13,334 bases of DNA from Candidatus Eiseniibacteriota bacterium. Its GTDB lineage: Bacteria > ARS69. Position numbers and translations under genes: made by a program. The notes beneath the pieces are model-generated. The model made no database searches, had not been told where the DNA came from, and was given only the letters and a program-made list of their open reading frames with translations. Location: the NCBI GenBank assembly GCA_052390515.1, contig JBQTGV010000162.1, positions 1 to 13,334 on the forward strand. Direction: 5' to 3'. This document shows positions 6,777 to 13,334 of this stretch, piece after piece; positions within the stretch are counted from its first letter, which is position 1; each line of letters starts with the position of its first letter.

Positions 6777-6829
6777 GTCGACCTGCCAAGTCCCTGACCG
6801 GCCCCGTCCACTGAGCAACCCGCGAGGGG

Positions 6830-6847
6830 CCGACCCGCCAATCTGGC
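6830..6847. repeat. 18-bp direct repeat CCGACCCGCCAATCTGGC, copy 2
   Basis: Identical to 920-937. Ends 21 nt before the ATG of the Fis-type HTH gene. Confidence 0.7.
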
Positions 6848-6868
6848 TCGTCCCTCGGAGGCCTCGCC

Positions 6869-7183
6869 ATGCACCGACACAACCTCTATCACTCACTCCT
6901 CGCCGCCTTTCAGGTCGAGGTCATCAAGCGGGCGTTGGCCGCCGCCGGCGGCAACCGCACGCACGCCGCGCGCCTGCTGGGGCTCCAGCGCACCTACCTC
7001 CTCAGGCTGATGCGCGACCGCGGCATCGACGTCCCGCCCGCGCGCGGCAAAGGCCGAAGCACGCTGATTGCTGGAACGACGCCTCCCGAGTTCCACATCG
7101 AGATCAGGGGCTGGGAGCCCCTGGCGCCCCCGAACGGCGACAATCCACATCCGGCAATCGCGACCGACGCCGCTTCGCTCTGA
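6869..7183 (+). CDS. Stand-alone Fis/NtrC-type helix-turn-helix protein
   Basis: IKRALAAAGGNRTHAARLLGLQRTYLLRLMRDRGI is an HTH_8 signature. SD GGAGG upstream. Confidence 0.82.
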   Translation: MHRHNLYHSLLAAFQVEVIKRALAAAGGNRTHAARLLGLQRTYLLRLMRDRGIDVPPARGKGRSTLIAGTTPPEFHIEIRGWEPLAPPNGDNPHPAIATDAASL

Positions 7184-7232
7184 TTTCCCCAACGCAAGAG
7201 GCGATGATCCGCTGACCTTCCGCCCGGGTGGG

Positions 7233-8891
7233 TTAGCGAATCAACGCCTTCTGGCCGAGGAGTCTCGCGATCTCGTCCCGGAGCAGGTATTTCTGGATCT
7301 TCCCGCTCGGAGTCATGGAGAACGCGTCGCGGATCTCGAGACGCTCGGGGAGCTTCCAGGACGCAATGCGCTTGTCCTTGAGAAACGCGATCATCTCCTC
7401 GAAGGTCAGCGGCTCTCCGGGCCGGCAGATCACGAAGGCACAGACGCGCTCCACGAGCACGGGGTCCGGCATGGCGACGCAAGCCACCGTCGCGACCTTG
7501 GGATGGGTGAACAGCAGCTCTTCGATCTCGCGGGCGCTGATGTTGGCGCCACCCCGGATGATCATGTCCTTCTTGCGACCGACGACGCTCAGGTAGTCGT
7601 CTGGGTCCAGCGTGCACAGGTCGCCGGTGCTGTACCAGCGGTCAGCGGTGCAGACCTCGCGAGTGCGGACGGGATCCTTGTAGTACCCGGCGAACAGCGC
7701 CGGTGTTCTCACCTGCAGTTCTCCTTCCTCGCCTGGCTTCCTCGGCGCGCCGGAGTCGGGATCGACCAGGCGTGCCTCGACATCGGGAAGGACCTTGCCG
7801 TCCGTGCCGTACCGCCGGTCGAGCGGATCGGCAGCGGTGATGGCGCTGTTGACGAGAGCCTCGGAGGAGCCGTAGAGGGCGGAGACGAGAAAGCCGTGCT
7901 CGGCCTCGGCGCGCCTGATGAGCTCGCGCGGGATGGGCGCCCCACCGCAGGCGAAGACCCGGAGGCTCGCGAGGGCGTCGCGCGTGGCGTTTCTCGCGTG
8001 CACCAGACCGTAGAGGAACGGCGTCGCCGAGAGCGTGAACGTGCAGCCTTCCCGGGCGATCAGCTCGACGGCGGCTTCGGGATTCCAGTGCTCCTGCCAG
8101 ACGGTGGTCATGCCGCACATCACGGGCAAGCGGGCCCCGATGAGCAGGGCCGTCGTGTGCCCGATGGGCGAGGCCATGAAGATGACGTCGTCGGCGCTCA
8201 GGCCGTAGGTCTCCTGCACCTGGCGGGCACCCCGGTCGATCGTGTTGTGGGTGTGCATCACGCCTTTCGGATTCGCCTCGGTCCCGGAGGTGAACATGAG
8301 CGTCGCCACGCGATTCGGATCTGGTCGGCGGGCGGCGAGATCCGCCGCGGAGGATTGCTCTTCCCACGGCGTGGCGAGGAGGTCCTCGAACGAGCGCATC
8401 CCGTTCGGCACCGACTCGCCGACCACCAGCACGTGGCGGAGGTTGGGAAGCGCCGGCCAGAGCTCGGCGAGCATCGCGGTGTACGAGAAGCCACGGAAGG
8501 TGTCCGGGATCAGCATCACCGCCGTGCCGGCGTACTCCAGGATGTAGCGCACTTCGCGCTCGCGATACACCGCGCCGATCGAGTTCGTCACCGCGCCGAT
8601 CTTCGTCGCCGCGCAGTGCATGATGAGCCACTCGGCCCAGTTGGGAAGCTGGATAGAGATCACGTCTCCGGAGGTCACGCCGAGGTGCAGGAGCCCCCCG
8701 GCGATACGGCGGGCCAGGCGGTCGAGCTCGGCGTAGGTCAGGCGCCAGCGGCGGTCGACGATGGCGAGCTTGTCGCCGCGCTCACGGGCCTGCTGCTGCA
8801 GATAGTCGTCCAGCGTCCGGTTGGCCCACGCGCCGTCCTGCACGTAGCGCTGGGTCGTCTCGGCGTCGTGGTAGATGTCGCGGATGGCCAT
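7233..8891 (-). CDS. AMP-binding acyl-CoA synthetase (cyclohexanecarboxylate-CoA ligase / FadK-like)
   Basis: LMFTSGTEANPKG, YGSSE, YSTGDL, GRKKDMIIRGG, PSGKIQK adenylate-forming motifs; 552 aa. Confidence 0.92.
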   Translation of the reverse strand: MAIRDIYHDAETTQRYVQDGAWANRTLDDYLQQQARERGDKLAIVDRRWRLTYAELDRLARRIAGGLLHLGVTSGDVISIQLPNWAEWLIMHCAATKIGAVTNSIGAVYREREVRYILEYAGTAVMLIPDTFRGFSYTAMLAELWPALPNLRHVLVVGESVPNGMRSFEDLLATPWEEQSSAADLAARRPDPNRVATLMFTSGTEANPKGVMHTHNTIDRGARQVQETYGLSADDVIFMASPIGHTTALLIGARLPVMCGMTTVWQEHWNPEAAVELIAREGCTFTLSATPFLYGLVHARNATRDALASLRVFACGGAPIPRELIRRAEAEHGFLVSALYGSSEALVNSAITAADPLDRRYGTDGKVLPDVEARLVDPDSGAPRKPGEEGELQVRTPALFAGYYKDPVRTREVCTADRWYSTGDLCTLDPDDYLSVVGRKKDMIIRGGANISAREIEELLFTHPKVATVACVAMPDPVLVERVCAFVICRPGEPLTFEEMIAFLKDKRIASWKLPERLEIRDAFSMTPSGKIQKYLLRDEIARLLGQKALIR

Positions 8892-8926
8892 GAGCGGGGT
8901 CCGCCGGCGTTAATCTAACCTAACCC
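8892..8926. promoter_or_regulatory. 35-bp divergent intergenic region with overlapping TANNNT elements
   Basis: TTAATCTAACCTAACCC gives TAATCT and TAACCT on +, TAGATT and TAGGTT on -. No SD for either gene. Confidence 0.45.
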
Positions 8927-10531
8927 ATGGCAGCCTCCCATGACGTCATCGTGATCGGGGCCGGTATGGCCGGCATGTACCAGCTCCACCGGCTGCAGGG
9001 GCTGGGCCTGCGCGCGCGGGTGTTCGAGGCCGGGCACGGCGTCGGGGGCACCTGGTACTGGAACCGTTACCCCGGGGCCCGGTTCGATTCCGAGTCGTGG
9101 ACCTACGGCTACTCCTTCTCGGACGAGATCCTGCGCGAGTGGGAATGGAGCGAGCACTTCGCGGCCCAGCCGGAGACGCTGCGCTACTGCAACTTCGTGG
9201 CGGACAAGCTCGACCTCCGACGGGACATCGAGTTCGGCTGCCGGATCACGGCGGCGGTCTACGACGAGGCCACCAGGCAATGGGAGACCACGGGCGAGGA
9301 CGGCCGAAGGGCGCGCGCGCCGTTCCTGATCACGGCGATCGGGCCGCTGTCGGCGCCGACCATGCCGGCAATCCCGGGCGTGGAGACCTTCCGCGGGGAG
9401 GCGTACCACACCGGCCGCTGGCCCCACGAGCTAGTCAGCTTCGTGGGCAAGCGCGTCGCCGTCATTGGCACCGGGGCCACGGCCGTGCAGGCGATCCCGG
9501 AGATCGCCAAGACGGTCGGCCAGCTCACCGTGTTCCAGCGCACGCCGAACTGGTGCGCGCCGCTGCACAACACTCCGATCGACGCGGTCACCCAGGCGCG
9601 CATCGAGGCCACGTACCCGGAGATCTTCGCGCGCTGCCGGCAGTCGTTCGGCTGCTTCATCCACGACGCGGATCCGCGCAAGGCGCTGGAGGTGAGCGCC
9701 GAGGAGCGCGAGGCATTCTTCGAGAAGCTCTACGGCGAGCCGGGCTTCGGCATCTGGATGGGCAACTTCCGCGACGTGCTGGTGGACCCCGCGGCCAACG
9801 CCACGATCACCGAGTTCATGCGCCGGAAGATCCGGGCGCGCGTGAAGGATCCAGCCGTGGCCGAGAAGCTGATCCCGACCAATCACGGCTTCGGCACCCG
9901 GAGGGTGCCGCTCGAGAGCGGCTACTACGAGGTCTACAACCAGCCGAACGTCAAGCTCGTCGATCTGCGGGAGACGCCGATCGAGCGGATCACGCCGCGC
10001 GGCGTGAAGACGAGCGATGCCGAGTACCCGGTCGACATGATCGTCTACGCCACCGGCTTCGACGCCATCACGGGGGCGTTCGACTGCATCGACATCCGAG
10101 GCCGCGGTGGCCGTCGACTGCGGGACAAGTGGGCCGACGGCCCTCGGACGTACCTGGGGCTGCAGATCGAAGGCTTCCCCAACCTGTTCACGTTGGTCGG
10201 ACCTCACAACGCGGCCACCTTCTGCAACATACCGCGCTGCATCGAGCAGAACGTCGACTGGGTGACCGCGCTTCTCGCCCACATGCGCAAGCAGGGCCAC
10301 ACCTGGGTGGAGCCGACGACGGAGGCGGAGCGCGAGTGGACGCAGCACGTGCACGACACCGGCCGGCGCATGCTCTTCACCCAGGTCGACTCGTGGATGA
10401 TGGGCATCAACTCCAACGTGCCCGGCAAGCAGACGCGCCGGTTCATCGTCTACGCCGGCGGTGCGCCGCGGTACCGCGAGAAGTGCGACGAGGTCGCTGC
10501 CGGCGGCTACATCGGCTTCGCCTTCCGGTAG
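8927..10531 (+). CDS. Type I Baeyer-Villiger monooxygenase (cyclohexanone monooxygenase-like)
   Basis: GAGMAG, GGTWYWNRYPG, BVMO fingerprint FRGEAYHTGRWP (FxGxxxHxxxWP), second Rossmann motif GTGATA, ATGFDA; 534 aa. Confidence 0.95.
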   Translation: MAASHDVIVIGAGMAGMYQLHRLQGLGLRARVFEAGHGVGGTWYWNRYPGARFDSESWTYGYSFSDEILREWEWSEHFAAQPETLRYCNFVADKLDLRRDIEFGCRITAAVYDEATRQWETTGEDGRRARAPFLITAIGPLSAPTMPAIPGVETFRGEAYHTGRWPHELVSFVGKRVAVIGTGATAVQAIPEIAKTVGQLTVFQRTPNWCAPLHNTPIDAVTQARIEATYPEIFARCRQSFGCFIHDADPRKALEVSAEEREAFFEKLYGEPGFGIWMGNFRDVLVDPAANATITEFMRRKIRARVKDPAVAEKLIPTNHGFGTRRVPLESGYYEVYNQPNVKLVDLRETPIERITPRGVKTSDAEYPVDMIVYATGFDAITGAFDCIDIRGRGGRRLRDKWADGPRTYLGLQIEGFPNLFTLVGPHNAATFCNIPRCIEQNVDWVTALLAHMRKQGHTWVEPTTEAEREWTQHVHDTGRRMLFTQVDSWMMGINSNVPGKQTRRFIVYAGGAPRYREKCDEVAAGGYIGFAFR

Positions 10532-10882
10532 TCGCTCGCTCTCTGTTTCAGCGACGAGATCTTGAACACCGCGATTCAGACCTCATGACGTGGAGCCCAC
10601 GTCCGAACGGCATGAAGCAATAACGGCCTCCCGGGTGTCCCTCCCTCCTTCGCCGGGACGGTCCTGCCTATCTGCGGCCGGCCTCGACGCGAGCAAGTCG
10701 CAGCGACACTCATTGCGTCGCGCCTGCGCTCGAGGCGCAGCGGGGCGGGGACTCTGACCCGACGCGCGGGGGTTATCCCGCAACCGGGCTTTCTAGACTG
10801 CCGGCTGTGACAACGGGCACCAGCATCCGTCAGCCGAACGTCCACGCGCCGAACCCCAACCATCGTCTTAAGGAGGCCCTCG

Positions 10883-11290
10883 ATGACCGCGTTGGACGTG
10901 CTCGAACGCGACCTCCAGCAGCGCTTGCGCGACATTCACCTCCGCCTCGCCGAGCTCCACCCCCGGGCCAGTGCCGAGATCACGGCCGACCTGCGCCGCA
11001 ACGACCTCTGCGACTCGGCGCAGGCCACCGTTGTGCTCGAAGCCCAGACCGTGAGCGTCGAACGACTGACGCTCGAGGCTCAGCAGATCGCCGCCGCGCT
11101 CGAGCGCATCGCCGACGGCACGTACGGACAATGCCTGGAATGCGGCGAACCAATCGCGGCCGCACGTCTGAAGGCCATTCCCACCGCCACCCTGTGCGTC
11201 ATCTGCCAGAGCGCCGCCGAGGTGCGCACGTCCCGCGCCGTCCGCGCGCGACAAGCGGCCTCGGACCACGAGGAGGCGCCCTACCTCTAA
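10883..11290 (+). CDS. TraR/DksA family C4 zinc-finger transcription factor
   Basis: DLCDSA (DxxDxA), ALERIADGTYGQCLECGEPIAAARLKAIPTATLCVICQ. SD AAGGAGG. Confidence 0.9.
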   Translation: MTALDVLERDLQQRLRDIHLRLAELHPRASAEITADLRRNDLCDSAQATVVLEAQTVSVERLTLEAQQIAAALERIADGTYGQCLECGEPIAAARLKAIPTATLCVICQSAAEVRTSRAVRARQAASDHEEAPYL

Positions 11291-11310
11291 CCGGAAGGGA
11301 GCCATAACCG

Positions 11311-12459
11311 ATGTCCACGCCTCCTGCAGCCGCCGGCCGCCCCACCGGCGACCTCGCGCCCCGCCGGCCGTTTCAGGCCAGCGGACGCTTCGACCGGCCC
11401 GTCATGCCCCAGGAACAGATCGACGCGCTCATCCGTCAGGCGCGTGAGAACGCCAAGCGACTCATGCTCGACGCGCTCCAGAAGACCGACCCCAAGTACC
11501 GCAGCTTCATCGTGGCCATCGGGCAGTGGAGGAAAGTCGGCGAGAGCGGCGACCGCGACATCAAGATCTACGTCGAGCTGCCCTACATGTCCGTCGACGG
11601 TCGCGTGCTGATGGCCATCGACGAACACATGGCGCATGGGAGGAAGCTGATCATCGGATCGGCCGAATTCAGGGACGATTCGGTGTCGAGCCAGAAGCTC
11701 TGCCAGGTCACGGTGAAGGCGGAACTCCGCGGCGAGGCCACCGGCACAGCACGCCTGTTCATCGGCGGGGGCGGCGCCAATCGCGACAATCCCGTCGAGA
11801 CCGCCGAGACCTCCGCGATCGGCCGCGCGCTCGGCTTCCTCGGCTATGGCTGCTTCGGAACCGGTATCGCCTCGGCAGACGAGATGATCACCGCGCTCGG
11901 CGGCGATCCGTCGCGCCCGGAGGTCACCCGGAACGCCGACGGCGTGCAGGCGGCGGCGGGCACTCGCACACCTGCGGCGACGACTGCGTCCCCCGCCGAA
12001 CGCACACCCCCTCTCGGGCCGCAGCCGCGCTCACCGGAGGCTGCGGCTCTCGTGACGACTGCCGATCCGATGCCTCGCGACCCCGAGGTCATCCCCACCG
12101 TGGCGAGTGACAGCGAGGCCGACGGCGCCGGGCCGCTCGCCGCCGCGCGTGAGCTGGCCGACGCACGGCCCACGACGTCGGTGCCGCCAGCGGGCGGCTC
12201 GCAGATCCTGCTCGACGCGCTTACCGCCAGCACCCTCGACCGCGACCGACTCGCCGCCGCCGCGGCGACGCTCCTCAAGGTCCCGGAGTCCGGCTACGTC
12301 GCCTATCTCACGCGGACCTTCGGCGTCAGGGGCCCCGAGAGCCTCAGCGAGGCTCAGCTCAAGAAAGAGATCGAGTTCCTGCTGCGCCGCACGCAGCACG
12401 CCGATCAGGCCGAGCGCTTCCGCATACAGTGTGAGAGGCTCGCGCAGCCGGCGGCCTGA
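11311..12459 (+). CDS. Putative phage-type single-strand annealing protein (Rad52/Sak-like N-domain), Pro/Ala linker, helical C-domain
   Basis: YMSVDGRV...ETAETSAIGRALGFLGYG...IASADEM resembles the 'E.AETSA.GRAL..LG.G...IAS.EE' motif of phage SSAP-like proteins. The CDS is secure; the function is inferred. Confidence 0.6.
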   Translation: MSTPPAAAGRPTGDLAPRRPFQASGRFDRPVMPQEQIDALIRQARENAKRLMLDALQKTDPKYRSFIVAIGQWRKVGESGDRDIKIYVELPYMSVDGRVLMAIDEHMAHGRKLIIGSAEFRDDSVSSQKLCQVTVKAELRGEATGTARLFIGGGGANRDNPVETAETSAIGRALGFLGYGCFGTGIASADEMITALGGDPSRPEVTRNADGVQAAAGTRTPAATTASPAERTPPLGPQPRSPEAAALVTTADPMPRDPEVIPTVASDSEADGAGPLAAARELADARPTTSVPPAGGSQILLDALTASTLDRDRLAAAAATLLKVPESGYVAYLTRTFGVRGPESLSEAQLKKEIEFLLRRTQHADQAERFRIQCERLAQPAA

Positions 12460-12608
12460 TCCGTCGGGACCCTCCGCGTCGTCGGACCTCCAGCCCGCGC
12501 GCCTCCCCCGTCCTCCGTCACAGCAACTCCTCTTCCGATCGCCGGTGCGCGACGTCCCGCTCTCATCGAACACCGAGCGCACGGCGCTTCATCGCCAAGG
12601 AGATCCGG

Positions 12609-12959
12609 TTGAGTCACACCGCGTCCGTTCAGGTCCACTTTCGCGACCGCGAGGCGCTTGCCGACGCCTGCCGCGAGCTCGGCTTCCCGCTCGAGCACGG
12701 CAGCGTGACGTTCTACGACCAGCAGACGCACTCCGGCGACGTCATCCGGCTCCCCGGCTGGCAGTACCCGATCGTCGTCGAGACGCCCGAGAGCGTCCGC
12801 ATGGACCACTTCGAGGGGCGCTGGGGCGACATCGTGCACTTCCAGCGCCTCAAGCACAGCTACGCGCTGCACGCGTCGATCCGCGCCGTCGAGCGCACCG
12901 GCCGGCGCGTCCTGCAGCGGATCGAGCAGAACGGTCACGTCCAGCTGGTGGTCCAGTAG
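12609..12959 (+). CDS. DUF1257 (Ycf35-like) family protein
   Basis: MSH...RDREALADACRELG...LPGWQYP...DHFEGRWG...LKHSYA...NGHVQLVV. TTG start with SD AAGGAG. Confidence 0.8.
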   Translation: MSHTASVQVHFRDREALADACRELGFPLEHGSVTFYDQQTHSGDVIRLPGWQYPIVVETPESVRMDHFEGRWGDIVHFQRLKHSYALHASIRAVERTGRRVLQRIEQNGHVQLVVQ

Positions 12960-12983
12960 CTCCCGCCCGGCAAGGAGATCCCG

Positions 12984-13187
12984 ATGCCACGTCCCACGAT
13001 CCTCATCGACATCGACCCTGCGGGCGAGGTGAAGATCACCGTCCAAGGGCACGCGGGCCCGGGCTGCCACGCGCTGACGCGCGATCTCGAGCAGCAGCTC
13101 GGCACCACCATCCAGGACGACCGGACGCGCGAGTACTACCTGCGCCAGCAGGGCGGCGCGCAGCATGCCCGCATCGATCTTCGTTAG
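12984..13187 (+). CDS. DUF2997 family protein
   Basis: IDIDPAGEVKITVQGHAGPGCHALTRDLEQQLG...TREYY. SD AAGGAG. Confidence 0.82.
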   Translation: MPRPTILIDIDPAGEVKITVQGHAGPGCHALTRDLEQQLGTTIQDDRTREYYLRQQGGAQHARIDLR

Positions 13188-13334
13188 GCCCGACGGCACC
13201 GTCGAGTTCCTCTACGAGGACGGTCTCCGGTCGCTCCTCGAACTCGGCCAGGTGACGATCACACGCGCCTCGCACGTCGAGCCCACGCCCGACGGCCGGT
13301 GGACGGCCGATCTATCTCCGCGCGGCGGCCCGCT
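13165..13334 (+). CDS. Conserved hypothetical protein usually found with DUF1257/DUF2997 (3' truncated by window edge)
   Basis: Not in the ORF track. Manual translation MPASIFVRPDGTVEFLYEDGLRSLLELGQVTITRASHVEPTPDGRWTADLSPRGGP; RASHVEP...W.ADLSP.GGP motif recalled from Planctomycete-type clusters. Confidence 0.72.
   Translation, partial: MPASIFVRPDGTVEFLYEDGLRSLLELGQVTITRASHVEPTPDGRWTADLSPRGGP

Noticed and set aside
6769-6786. Class C (IIC) insertion downstream of a terminator hairpin
   Set aside because: DV has an AGC triad rather than the class C CGC, a full 6-bp EBS1-IBS1 pairing exists, and the hairpin has no U-tract.
7068-8918. 616-aa + strand ORF and similar long ORFs (2826-4112, 9097-10623, 12107-13255, 12405-13199)
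   Set aside because: Antisense or off-frame shadows of well-supported genes, expected at this GC content, with no motifs.
1-13334. CRISPR array, tRNA, rRNA, IS transposase or att sites
   Set aside because: No regularly spaced repeats, cloverleaf or rRNA-like sequence, transposase motifs or flanking direct repeats were recognised by eye.

Overview
High-GC bacterial window that looks like the accessory region of a large mobile element (ICE, plasmid or prophage; no integrase, structural or transfer genes are visible). The + strand carries a partial TPR protein, ssb, a SLOG/DUF2493 protein, tmk, a catalytically degenerate PolB-exonuclease-like protein, several small hypotheticals, a stand-alone Fis-type HTH, a TraR/DksA protein, a probable single-strand annealing protein and the start of a DUF1257-DUF2997 module. 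A divergent acyl-CoA ligase / Baeyer-Villiger monooxygenase pair interrupts this run. The main find is a complete 2070-nt group II intron (minus strand, 6761->4692) inserted directly after the ATG of a small membrane-protein gene. Its EBS1 pairs with that start codon. It appears to end in a non-canonical ...AUG, supported by branch-A spacing and a C at the gamma position, and it carries a Shine-Dalgarno in domain VI. It would therefore give the interrupted gene a new ribosome-binding site and start codon whether or not it splices. Family calls come from motif recognition by eye, not database searches.
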